DNA of 58,523 bases, the filler included, from Stramenopiles sp. TOSAG23-6 (Eukaryota): the NCBI GenBank assembly GCA_900128565.1. It is 2 parts of 2 records of this genome, joined end to end, with 100 filler letters (N's around TTAATTAATTAA, not from the genome) between each part and the next. Parts side by side here need not be neighbours in the genome. Positions count along the whole stretch, not along the records: positions 1 to 29,221 come from LT635974.1; 1 more part is not named here. One strand, given 5' to 3'. The notes under the pieces are model-generated. The model was not told where the DNA came from, searched no databases, and saw nothing but the letters and a program-made list of their open reading frames with translations. Positions 11,740-24,483 of this stretch are shown in pieces (positions within the stretch are counted from its first letter, which is position 1; each line of letters begins with the position of its first letter). The translations under genes were made by a program, and so were the position numbers.

Positions 11740-14700
11740 CTACACAACAACATTTTCACCATCTTGCATATTTACAGAATTCTCTTCACTCCGTCGTCTA
11801 AAAGAGAGTTTTCTTAATTTTTCCTTTGAGCAACATTTCTTAATAGACGTTGAATGCATTGAAATCACAGCAATAATATGAAAAAGTATACATGTCACTG
11901 CAAGCAAGAGCATCGTCATTTCGCACCATTTCGGTATAGCATCTGTTTCTTTTTCACGAGGTACAAAAGAGAGTGCGAGTATTACATGTATTGTGAAGAA
12001 ATATTCGGGAAAAAATCGTTAGGCCTAATTTTCATAATAAAAAAAAACAAAAATTCATGATGAAAACGTACAATCATCTCTACTGATGTGCACCCGGAAA
12101 GGAAATTATCATGCCAACTTCCTAACGGTCGCCATAGAATGTAACAGAATAATTCAATGGCAAATAAAGCAATAAGAACAATTGCCTGAACTTTGCTATC
12201 ATCCTCATCCTTGAATTTTCCAATACAAATACCGCGAAATAATTGTAATGGGAGTAGAACAATAACCAAGAAAAATACAGCACCACGAGATCCTGACATA
12301 TCTTCAAATAATGGTCCCCATTTAGCGACATATCCCTTATTTCCATCCCCATCAGCATCTTTCCACTCTTTTTCGTCTTTATCCCATACTGCTCTTGCAC
12401 CCTGTTCGTTATAAACTTCTTTATAAATCTTATACGTAGCTATCATCATAAAACCGATTATATATACTACAATAAAACCAAAAACTGCAGCTACTATAAA
12501 AAACGAAACTTTACCATTGACCAAATTTGCCGTTGCTGCTTCTCCCAATCCTTGGAAAACAATCAATAGAACTAGAACTTCATACCTGGGAAATTTACTT
12601 TCTGTTATCCTTTCATTTACGATTTTTCCTGCAGACTTTCGTAAAAGTGTCTTACCATCAGGGCCAATTAATCTTTTCTCAGAATTCGGGAGGTAGATTG
12701 CAATGCGTTCACCAAGAGACACTCTTCGCAATGCCACCTTTTTATTCTCTTCATTTTTTCTAAAGCTTTCATCACATCGATGCTTACCAGATATATCCAT
12801 ACCTAATTCATACATTGAGCTTCTTTTTTTCCTGATTCCTGTCATTTCGATATCTACGTCCCCAGGTGTAACGCTTGTTAATGAAGGTGTAGTATCGTCC
12901 ATTTTTAATTGGACGGTACCAGTATCTTGCCCATCATTGCCAACACTTTGATGGTCTCTCATCCGAGTCAGTTTTCCACGTTGTTTGTTGCTTTGGCGAG
13001 GAGAAAGAAGTAAATCCATACTATTCTTAGGAGAAAGGAGTGAGTCCTTATTAGTAGCTTTAGCTCTAGCTACAGGCGATACAGTTCTAATCATGCTATT
13101 CTTCCGTAATGCAGCAATTGGTGACGAAAGATTTAATTCGTTAGACGAAATAACAATAGCATCATCAAACTCTTCTTCTTCCGGCTTCTTCTTTTCACAA
13201 CAAAATATTTCTCTATATTTAGGAACTCGTTTATCAAAGAAGCATCCAATCACAATGATGTGAATTACAGCTACAGCGATACATAAAAATACAGCCCATG
13301 TTACATTTGCAGAAAATACTTCCAAATGGAACTCTTGTAAAGCTCTCGCATAATTAACAGAACTGAGAACGACTGTTGTATCCACTTTATCTGCAGTCAG
13401 AATAGTATGTTCATTCTCATCTTCCGTTTTTGATACATCAGTATCTTTTTTTTTGAGTCGTCGTCTTCTTGATTGTAAAGAATAGAGTTCATTTTGTTTT
13501 ACTTTTGATTCATTCTTTGCTGCTTCTTGGGCCTCTTTCCATGTCAACATTGCTTTTTCATCATCACACAGCCATAAATCTCCAGTGTCTGTTTTGAATG
13601 ATACAGTACTACCAAGTATCATTAATATAAAAGCTATCAATAGTAATGATATGCCAAAAGCTACCTTTCGAAAACTTCGCCTTGGTTGAATCGTAAGTTC
13701 CTCCACGCCATCACCATCCTTTAATGCAACACTCTGTAAACGCTTAGTAAACCAATCCCTCTTTTTACGTCGTAATCCATCAACTACAAATAATATTCCT
13801 ACAGGTATAAAGAATAAGACAGAATAAATAAAGAACCAACTTTCAAGCTTAAACCAACACCAAATTGGACGGATGCCTCGCAAGTTAGCCCATCGAACTT
13901 GATCCGCAAACCCAGATAATGTTGGAGCCCAATGCATCTGAGATACATTTGACAATAGTGACAAAGTTTGAACGTTAAATATTAATAGCCAGACAGCATT
14001 TCCAGCCATGCCTGAACCACCACCTCCTGCAGCAGCATTACTTCCTCCAGACATAAAAGCAGTGGGAGCACTAGCTACTCCTGCTGCTGCACCGCCACTA
14101 GCACCTGCAATACTAGCAGCAACTGTGCCAACTACGACTGTTGCTGCTACGCAAGTCGTCGTTGTCTCCCCCAAAGCTTCTACAGTCGTAGGTTCCAATA
14201 CAGGTTCCGGTTCATCTTTATTCTTAATAGTATATTTTTGATTAAATAGTATAGGATCTAGCGCAGGCGTATTCTTGCTTTCATTGCATGTTTTCCCTGT
14301 CCATCCAATCTCGCAAGTACAGGAACCATCATTAGCAACGATACCTTTATTACTACAAGTTTCTTTGTTACTATATTGACAATTCAATCCAGCATATGTT
14401 GCTGCGCAATTCTGACACGAAGCACCAGCATATTTTGTTGTACATGTGCACGTTCCTAAATTATCCACATTACCACGATTATTACAAGTAATAGCGTCTG
14501 TAAATTGACAATATTCTCCTTTGCCAACAGCATTACATTTACAAGTACCTTTATCATTTTTAACTGTCACGACGCCATTACCATTGCATGTGCCCTTATT
14601 ACTGAATTGGCATTTTGTTCCAAAATATCCATTACCACAGGTAGAGCAAGAGTTGTTACCTTTCCAAGCATCTACACATTCACATGTAGCAACGTCAAGT

Positions 14701-17084
14701 GCATCAACTTTGACATCTCCTTGATCATTGCAAGTTTTAGAACGCGAGTATTGACAATTTTTACCAGATAAACCATTTGTACATGTAGAACAATTGGCGC
14801 TTCCTTTCCAGTCGTTATCGCATGTACATACTCCCTTTGCACATGTGCCATGTCCACTACAGTTATTGCCATTGCATGGATCTGGTGAAGCATTTTTACA
14901 TACTAATCCATTATTACTTGTCTTTCCAGAAGGACATGCCGAGCAACTGCCTTTTCCCACATCAGGTTGAACTTTACCAACGGTACAAGCTTGGCATCCT
15001 GAAGCAGGAACTGCCCCAGTATGATGCGTACCTGCATTACAAAAACAGTCAGTCAGAGCTGTAGAACCCGTTTGCGTTGTTGTCTTTCCTGTAGGGCATA
15101 ATAAACATTTTACAGATGAATTAGATACCTCTGTTTTGTATTTTGCTAATGCACACTTTTCGAAGTTTCCTGCATTATTTTTGAAATATCCCGGTGCTGC
15201 TAGACAATCAGTTGGGAGAACAGTTCCTTTTGCTTTTGTAGTAGAGTTTGCTGGACAAGTACTACACGCCAATTTGCTACCGCTAGTTGGTTGATATGAT
15301 CCTAGTGCACATATAGCGCAACCACCGTTTCTAGGACATGTATTCGTTGCACCATATCCTTGACCACATGAACCACAACCCACAACTATCCCATTATGGA
15401 GAAAATGTGAAGTGACGTTATCAACGTTTTTCGACACCAAATATTTCTTTGTATTGGTATTCAGAAATATTGCTTCATTCTTATAAATAGGAATCAACGT
15501 TTTATTTCCATCACAAGTAATTTTGAAACTTTGAGCGCTCGCAATTGTACAGATTTCATTGCCGAATGCATTGTACACTTTGACTCCAGCCTTAAATCCA
15601 TGAGATGTTGGAGTCGAACCACTGTCATGAGTAAATGATGATAATCCAGCAGGTTGATAGGTTGCACCTTGAATATAAACAGGTTCGCCAGAATAAATAC
15701 AATCTTTTGTATCATCTTGGGTCTTGCTGCCCGTTTGAGCAGTGCAATTTTTACATGAGACATTGTCACTGTTTCCTTTGCCGTCACATGTGTCTGATTT
15801 ATATTGCACTTTAGTGCAAGTCGTACATTTCAGTGCTATATATTATGGGAAAATATATCAAAGTAGAAATTCGTTAGGTGGAAATTTTTCTACGAGAAAA
15901 ATAAATTTGAAATTCATGATGAAAACGTATATACCTCTATTATTCACATAGAATCCTTGTTTAGCTTGAGCACAAGGTTGATGGTCTTGTGGCTCTCTTC
16001 TTTTGAAAATCATTGCACCAGATGGAATAGCAACTGCAGTACCTGTACCAAAGGTAAGCTGATTCGAGGATTTCCCAGTAATTCGAGGCAAATCGGAACC
16101 ATCGACCAAGTAAGGGATTTGCTTTAGGTGTATTACTTGCGCTACGTTAGTAACACCTGCAGGAAGGTTCACCCGCATTGACTTTGTACCTTTTGGATAA
16201 GCTTGATATGCAGTAAGACCTGTGCCCTTAATATCGACACATGGCTTTGTATTTGTTGCCACAGCATCTACAGCACAATTAGGCTGAGATTGACACTTTG
16301 CACAAGCACCAGCTCCATTAGAAGTATGATAACCTGCGTTGCACTCACAGTATGGTAAACCTCCACTAGTTATTGTCCATAGAGGGTGATCAATCCAATC
16401 ATCAACCTTCGTCGGAGTGTCCAAGCAACATCTACATCCCCAACCTGGAGTCGACTGAGAAACCATAGTCAAACCAGAAAAACTTCCGGAATATGTTTTA
16501 CAAGAATTATTTGTTTTCATATAGTCATAACACTTCTTTTTCACACAGTCCCAATTACAACTACCAGAAACTGCATAAGTACTTGAGCCGTAACCGTGAC
16601 TATACTCACCTCCCTTGACACCAGTCGTGGGATGCGTTTCACATTCTCTTCCATCGTTGGTCGCTGGTAATGTTTTACAAGCCCCATGGCCATTGCAAGG
16701 GTTTCCAGCACCTCCAGCGCAAGTGGCTTCACATTGAAATCCGGCATAACCAGTGTTGCACACACAACTACCACTAACTTCAGAGCCATGCCCATTACAT
16801 TTTGGTGGTCCTTGTTGCTGATCACACTTAGTGAAATCACTGGGGCAAGCACCAGCGCCATTATTATTTGGTTTAATACAATAATAACCAAAATTTTGAT
16901 CAGCGTTTTTCCGGACACAAAGTTTGGCATCTGAGGCACTTGAACCATTATTAAATCTCCCGGATATGCCGTTTTTGAGGGAGCCGTTACCACTGTACGA
17001 AGCGCTACATTTTTTTGAACATGCTGCAGCATCTACTCCTGAAAATAAACTTAAAAGTGTTATAGTAAGGAATAACTGAACCAT
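11740..17084 (-). CDS. Large surface protein: signal peptide, EGF-like and TNFR/ephrin-receptor-like Cys repeats, multi-pass TRP-like transmembrane region; 3 exons (17084-15931, 15837-12072, 11985-11740)
   Basis: MVQLFLTITLLSLFSGVDA signal peptide; CNGHG..C.C..GY.G..C repeats; multiple hydrophobic helices with KWGPLFEDM; last exon VILALSFVP...ENVVV* is open only after intron removal. Confidence 0.8.
11986..12071 (-). other. Non-canonical family intron (GT...AT, 86 nt)
   Basis: atg att|GTACGTTTTC...GGCCTAACG...CACAATACAT|gta ata gives the TM helix SVEMIVILALSFV. Confidence 0.85.
15838..15930 (-). other. Non-canonical family intron (AT...AT, 93 nt)
   Basis: ggt at|ATACGTTTTC...CCACCTAACG...CATAATATAT|a gca joins ORFs 15858-17108 and 11982-15809 (GFYVNNRGIALKCTTC). 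Confidence 0.8.
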
Positions 17085-17381
17085 GGCGTATTTGAATCCC
17101 GATTTCAAGAAGATTGCGTGTACATAAATACGTGTGTTCGTTCGTTCCTACGGATATAGGCTAGGAACAAAAAGCGAAGATTCAAAGATTCGATCTGATC
17201 CTTTTTTGATGGACACGTTGAACTCCTCGCTTATAAAAAAAATCAGATTTCGTGTTTTATTAGCCGGTGCAAATGACTCGCGGTGTTCTGCTGACTGTTT
17301 TTCTTTACTGTATATTTCAAGAACAGTATTCAGGGAATATTATTAAACAAGAAACTGAATCGACTGAATTGATTTAAAAGA

Positions 17382-18269
17382 ATGGATATGGTGAATGTAT
17401 TTTCCGCTTTGGATGTATCAAAGAAGAAAAAAAATAAAAAGAAAGCGAAAAAGTCCGTAAAGAAGAATAAGGTTGTTGAAGCCGCGAAGCTTGAAGAAAA
17501 CTCGATTACAGGTAGTCCTATTTTTGCCCCGTCTGCTCTTCCTGAGTTTGGTGCTGGAGGAGCATTGGCATGGGCAGATGAAGATAATTCCGAAGATGAG
17601 GATGGATTTAGTTTTGGTAGTAGTATGCCGCCAATGATGCCCGTTCTTCCACCGATAGCTGGTGCGGAACCTGCTGAGGAAGAAGATGAGGAAGAAGTAG
17701 AGAGCGAAGAGGAAGAAGAAGAAGTAGAGAGCGAAGAAGAAGAAGAAGAAGATGATACAGTGGAGAATACAGTCGGTATGGGAATTACCGCGCGCGCACC
17801 TACAGCGAAGAAAGTGATTGTTCGGCAGATATCTAAGAAGGCACAGAAGAAAGCATCTAACGCAGAGTTGGACGCAATTCTTGCTGAATTTGCAACACCA
17901 GCCGTACCAGAGGTCGAGTCAAAACCAACAAAAGAACAGGAAAACACAGAGGATAATCATGTAGATAATGACGACGAAGATCTTGCGTTACTTGGAATAG
18001 TTTTGGGGGGTGGTAAAAAGAAAACGAATAAGAAAAAGAAAAAGAACAAAAACAAGAAAAAGAACAAAACCAACCCTTCTACACAAGTTCCACTCAAGTC
18101 CAACCAAGCGCCAAATGATATCAAAGATGTTAAAACCTTTTTGGCAAATAAATTAAAGAAAAAGCCATCTAAATCATCTTTGAGGATGAAAGCAGCAGCT
18201 GAAAAGAAGAAGAAGAAAACTAAAGTCAAAGATAAAAGTCACTACAATCAAACACCTCAAGGTAGATAA
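17382..18269 (+). CDS. Low-complexity acidic/Lys-rich hypothetical protein
   Basis: 295-aa ATG ORF with poly-E and poly-K tracts and W-AD-E-D and ELDAILAEF motifs. Confidence 0.7.
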   Translation: MDMVNVFSALDVSKKKKNKKKAKKSVKKNKVVEAAKLEENSITGSPIFAPSALPEFGAGGALAWADEDNSEDEDGFSFGSSMPPMMPVLPPIAGAEPAEEEDEEEVESEEEEEEVESEEEEEEDDTVENTVGMGITARAPTAKKVIVRQISKKAQKKASNAELDAILAEFATPAVPEVESKPTKEQENTEDNHVDNDDEDLALLGIVLGGGKKKTNKKKKKNKNKKKNKTNPSTQVPLKSNQAPNDIKDVKTFLANKLKKKPSKSSLRMKAAAEKKKKKTKVKDKSHYNQTPQGR

Positions 18270-18430
18270 TGTTGTCAAGGGTTTTAAAGTCTTCATTGAA
18301 TGACAACACACAATAGTTGCTTTTCCTATAATTACTATTATTCACTTTATTTGGACTTATAATAATAAATTCAGAAATTAGGTTTATATCACAAACCTTT
18401 AAAGCCTTTAAAGCCTTTAAAGTGTAGCAT

Positions 18431-21400
18431 TTATGTTTTGACTTCATCGGGTTTTGCTAATTTGACTATTATATTTTCGTCTTGTTTTGAATTCTGTGTC
18501 ATGGAAATTGAGTTTTGAAGAATTACTTTTTTAACTCTTTTTGATTTACTTTTCCTTCTGACCACTCCGCGTTTTTTTCGACTTTTGTGTTTTTGCTGTT
18601 GACTTGAGGCATACATTTCTTCTAACAATGTCTTCAATTTACCTGGTTCAAATAAATCCTCCCCAGCCAAGTCAGAGTATAAATACCGAAGGCGTTCTCC
18701 TCTAAAGCCAAGTCTATGTGCAGCAATTTCAAACATTGATCCATAATCGGATGATCTTAATGAGATTGGCATTCTTGAAAGATATCCAAAACGAATGGAA
18801 TCATTAGGAAGAACCTTGCTGCCAGTATTAGTTGAGGAACGGCCACCAATAATTCTATTGCGTTTAGACCGGATTCTCCGTTTTGCCAAGTCTTGTAATT
18901 GGTACAAAGCCATTGACTCTTTCTTTGTATTGATATTATTGTAATTAAATTTTGCGCGACTAAACGGTCCGATGACGAGAGGTGGCTTTCTAGATTTTGG
19001 TCCTTTTAGTTTCTTTTGTTTCACACGAGGCAGACATTTTTCATTCTTTGAATTGTTACTAAGCTTTTCTAAATTATCCATTCCTTTTGTTTCTTTTGTT
19101 TCTTTTGATACATTTGGTACTTTTTGACACTTTAATTTGCGCTTTTGAGTAAGCTTTAACTTTGACTTACTTCGACGAGATTTTGTTATCCCAGCGAAAG
19201 AACTTCCAGTTAACTTATGTATTTGCTCTTGCTCAAAATGTCTTTTTCTATTCTTGCTATTACAGGATGTTGAATTTATATCAGGTGACATTACTAAATC
19301 TGGTAGATTCATTAAAAATCTCTCTAGACGAATATCGTTCATGGTAATCCTGCCCACTGTTTGATCATCAACATTGCCATTGTTGATACGTCGTTTCAAT
19401 GCACGCATTTGAGCTATTAATTCTAAATCAAAATTTGACGCACCACGGGCAAACCATTTCTCTTCGAGAAGGTTAAGCATTTGACGCGCTTCCTTGTAGC
19501 CTTGCTTTTCGCGCTCATTATCTCGTAAACGCCGTCTACCATATTTGTCAATATAATATTTCGATTTTTTCCGTACTCTCGCCTGTTTGGCCAATTTTCG
19601 TTTTCGTTTCCGAATCTTTTGGTGCGAGATTACTGCTTCGGTGTAATAGCCATACGCAACGTGTGCAGATATGCCAGCTTCTGATGCTGCATCCATAGCA
19701 ACTTCTGTTGAAAGTGCTACAACAGACGCAAGCTTTTCTTCATTTGTCTTCATTCCCATTCGGACTCGCATTGCAGCTTTTTCATATTTTTTTCTCTTCG
19801 CTGATAAAAGACGTTTGCGCTTCTCTTCATGCTTCTTCAATTCTGCAACTCTTGTGGTGCGTTTTCTCTCGATTTCGCGATCTTCAGACATGAGAAGAAT
19901 TTTAACTTGACCAACAACTGAAGCACATGTGACGTTTGGTATAAATATTGTCCTTTTCTCAAATGTGAGTATATTGAGTACGTATATCGAAACACCTCTA
20001 ATACCTTGATTTGATGTTTTGGGTGTATTGTAATTTTTTGGTGCATTAGTTTTTGAAATTTGAACCATCACTAAATTTTCATTCCTAGTGTGGGATATAT
20101 TTCCCATGCCATCTATACTTGGATATCGTAAAGCAAACCGACGTGAATCATCAGTTTGTATTGGGTAAAACACTCTATGAATATTCCCTATGTTAATGTA
20201 ATTAATATTACCAGTCATTGGGTCAATCCATTTCATACCATAATATTTATCTTTAATCATTTCATATATATCTTTTCCTGTTGGCCACGATAATGTTTCG
20301 CCGTATAAATGACGCAAAATATTACTAAATTGGGTCACGGTCAATTCACCGGTAAATAATACATCCTTACTAATAGTACCAGCCACCAGACACATGTTAC
20401 TAATGCCAACATTTGATTGTGCATATTTTTCTGCTTTAATCGTAAAGTTGGCTCCGTTTAAGATACCTTCAAAAAAAAATTGTTTTGTCATTTTCAAAGT
20501 ATCTTCTCTTTTAGAACATGCAAAAGGAAATGATTCAATAAGAGCTTTATACAACGCACATGCATCAAAATCAAGTTGGCCCATTCGAGGTTGCAAACGA
20601 ATGTTTGATCGGGCTACATCAACAACAGTTTCCTTCTTGTTTTTACTGTTTTTGTATTCTATATCAAACATTTTGGCATCTGAAATTGACTTTATTATTC
20701 CTGGAATATATTTCTCATCAGTGTCGATATCTTTTGTATTAATTACAAATAATACAGGATCACCAAGTCGAATCGTATCGACAGTTGAATTGTCAACTTT
20801 ATCTCCTTTAATAGTATTGTCGTCTTCTTCAGCAAAGTCAACCAACCACATTTTAGCAAATCCTCCAACAGAAACTCGAATATGAATTTCTCCACCATCT
20901 TCTCTATTTTTATCAGGACCTTTCGTTATTTTATTACTTAATAACAATACTCTCTCTTCAGTACAAGTTTCGTGTAATAGCAAAGACTTAACAAATAACG
21001 AACCAATTGTTGCACTTCCCAAAATATCATCGCCACCAAGTAAATCCCAATCATATATATCTATCTGAATTTCAGCTATTTTACAGGAATTCCAACTACT
21101 GAATCGAATTTTAAATTCCTTGGTTTTAGGAGGATCATTAGTCCAGTCAGGATTGAGGTTTTTTTTTTTTGTAGATGATTTGAATCTTTCGCCACCACAT
21201 AATATGCTTACATATGGATCACTACTTCTCCCATCTCCTCGAGTCAAATTTATTGCACGGAGTATTTCAATAGTTACTTCACCTGGTATATCACCATTAT
21301 CATCTCTGAGTAATGCAGCGTTTTTGGCTTGCTTTAACTCTTCAGGACTAAGTGTATAATTTTTGTACTTCTTTGCATTTGCTAATGCTTGTTTCTGTTT

Positions 21401-24130
21401 ATCAGCGTGTATTATCCATGACGTACCATTCTGAAAACCTTTCAGACTTACTTTGAGATACAAAACACCACCCGGTTTGTTTTTATCTTTACCTTTTGTA
21501 TGATTAGCTAGTACGAGTGTCCGATGTTCCGACAAACTTGGATTATTGTATAGTAATGTATTCACATTTAATGAACCAAGGGAACACGTACCCATCAAAT
21601 CATTTCTCCCAATCATATCATAGTCAATTACTTCAATTTTTATATCTGTCTTTGTGCAAACATACCAACTTGAATAATTAAAAATAAATGTTTCCGAATA
21701 AATTGGATTCAATTGTTTCTTCTTTGTTACAGTTTTGAATACCTGTGTTCCGCATGTGAGTTTTACAAAAGGATCCGAACTTTTCCGATCGGCACGTGGA
21801 AGGTTTTCTGCACGAATGACTTCAACTACTACTTGGCCGGATACGTCCTTTCCTTTAAGCCGCTGAGCTGCAGCCTTAGCGGTTGACATTTCAGATAGAC
21901 TGGAAAAACCACTTACATCTAATGAAGAATTTCTTTTTTTAATAATAGTTTTATCAAAACCATGAATTGCGAGACGAAGCTTTATTTCTCCACCACTAGA
22001 TTTATTGGAATCTTTTCCTTTTGTCAAACTATTATCTAATTCTATCGATCGCTCTGTGTAAATTTTAAGTGGTGTACTTTTTTCATTAAGCGGGTCTCCA
22101 CTTATCCAATTGCCGCTATCATCTACTGTGTAATTTACAATTCGCGGCTTTATGAACTCTTCACCAGTGGATGTTTTACACAGTAAATTCCGAATTATAG
22201 TGGATGCTAATAAATCGTTACTGCCAATTAAATCCCAATCCCAAATCTTGATTTGTATTTGCGCCGACTTGCAGGACGACCAGCAATCAAAATAAAATAC
22301 AAAGTTTTCATTGAAATCTGGATTTAATGTCGTTTTCTTGGTTGCAGTTTTGAATTTTTGTGCATGATCCCCTGCTATTGGGTTTCCAGTTTCATCAAGT
22401 AATATCAATTCTACATATGGGTCACTACTTATCGCATCACCCCGACAGAGATTCCTTGCGGAAACCACCCCAACTTCAACAATGCCTGTCCCGTCACCTT
22501 TACTTTCAAATGAAGAAATTTCTGAATTGCACACATCATCCGGATTTTGGTTCCTTTTAGTGGCAGCTTCTTCCTGTTTTTCTTTTCTTATTTGAAGCCT
22601 CGCTTCTTCTATTTCCATTTTAAGTTTATTTTCTTCTGTAGGAAAACCCTCGACAGTAACTGCAACAAATATTTCTCCACCAGATGACAAATCCTTGTCT
22701 TTTCCAGTCGATGCATTTGATAACTCAAATGACCGTTCTTCTCGTATTCCTTTTACGGGTTTCATCAAAGATCCAATAGTATCGTCTTTAATAGGAGAGC
22801 CATTCACTACACCAAAATTACTTATGCCACCAACGATTTCGCCAAGTATATCGTTACTTCCTATCAAATCCCTGTTGAGTGTAAATGATTAACATTTGCA
22901 TAATTCAAAATAAATAAATGTTATAATTCAAAAATAATTCAAATCTACACAAATGTGAAGAGATTACTTACCAGTCAAATATTTGAACAAATACTTTTGC
23001 ATCTAAAAGTTCACTCCAATTTGAAAACACAAATGTAAATAATTGATTTTCCCAAATTGGATCTAGAGTTTTTTTTAGAGTATTCGTTTTAAATGTTTGT
23101 GTAACTCCTGAAGTTTCGCATGTATAGTGAAAAAATGAACCAGAAGAAAAATTGTCAGGTACGAAATTTTCTATGAAAAAAAAACAAAATTTGAAATTAT
23201 GAATGATTAAAAAAAAATCAAGATTTAAAAGTTTTTTTTGTTAGGTACAAAATTTCGTATGAACATACACGTGAGTACACAAAATGGATCACTTGAATTT
23301 TTGTCTCCGCGAGGAAGATTTGATGCACGAATTACTTCTATCTTTACAATACCTGACTCATTCAATAATTTTCGTTGAGCCGCGAGTTGAAGTTCAGCCT
23401 TGCGTTGCTTTTCAGTCTTGATACTCGTTTTTAATTTTTGAGCAGAACATTTTGTTGTTGCGACAACTTCCATATTTATTTCGTTTGGGTTTGATGAATT
23501 TATATTTTTGCTTATTTCTATTTTACTCGTTTTTTCTATCTGCTGCATTTTAATAAAATCTGATTCATATGGAAAACCAGATGTTTTGATTATCACTGAT
23601 AAGTGACCTCCACTAGAAAGCCTCTTATCCTTACCTGTTGATTTATTTTCCAAGGCAAAACTTCTATGGTCAGCATTCGGAGTAATTGGCTTATAGTCTG
23701 TAGCACTTATCATATCTCTAATTGGAGAACCTACAGGACAATCACCGAGACAGTCAATCACACACGTGCTCAACAAATCATTGCTACCAATCATATCCCA
23801 ATCATACACCAAAACATCTATTGTAGCATTTTTACATTCTTCCCAAGTGTCAAAAAAAAATACTAAGTTTTCGTTCCACACAGGTTCACACGTCTTCTTT
23901 TTCGTTGAAGTTTTCAAACTTTTCTCTCCACAATTCAATACACAGAAAGGATCTGATGACTTACTATCACCGCGGGGGAGGTTTGTGGCTGAAACGATTT
24001 CAATTTCAACTTNACCTCTACAAAAGAGACTGCCCTGTTTATCTTGAGCTAAGGAACCTCTTTCGGAGATATTTTTTTGGTGCATCTCAGACATATTGGT
24101 CTTCTCTGTGACTAGTTCAGAATGTAGCAT
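18431..24130 (-). CDS. Multi-C2-domain protein (five C2 repeats) with basic C-terminal tail; 3 exons (24130-23269, 23119-22972, 22871-18431)
   Basis: Repeated V.IEI.RA.NL.R.D..SSDP...K..LNP.W....DWD.IG.ND.LG motifs. Confidence 0.85.
22872..22971 (-). other. Canonical GT-AG spliceosomal intron (100 nt), unrelated to the family
   Basis: gac tg|GTAAGT...CTCAACAG|g gat restores DWDLIGSND. Confidence 0.9.
23120..23268 (-). other. Non-canonical family intron with duplicated core (GT...AT, 149 nt)
   Basis: acg t|GTATGTTCATACGAAATTTTGTACCTAAC...TTCATAGAAAATTTCGTACCTGAC...CACTATACAT|gc gaa restores SSDPFCVLTCETSGVTQTFKT. Confidence 0.85.
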
Positions 24131-24283
24131 GGCAAATGATCATGCCTCAAAACATATTGTTCTGTCATGTTCTATCTAAACCATTGTTTGACTTTTTACA
24201 ATGTTTTGAATCTTTCTTGAAATCTTTCTGACCAGGCCGCACAGGGACAGTTTCAAAAGACTTACGTTATAACTTATCTAGCC

Positions 24284-24298
24284 TAGGGTTAGGGTTAG
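24284..24298 (+). promoter_or_regulatory. Telomere-like box upstream of the aspartyl protease gene
   Basis: TAGGGTTAGGGTTAG about 190 nt upstream of ATG 24484. Confidence 0.5.
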
Positions 24299-24483
24299 AA
24301 AATGTCAGTAGTCAGTCAGTCGCAAAAAAAAAAAAAAAAAAAAATAATATGACATTTTCATAGAATGACATTAGAATCCTTACCTACGTTTGCTTGAGCT
24401 ATTAGTGCCCTTCGGAAAGAAGAAGTGCTTCCATTGTTTCAAAAGTGTATTACGTTTACTCTGGAAAAGGCTATTTATTTCAG

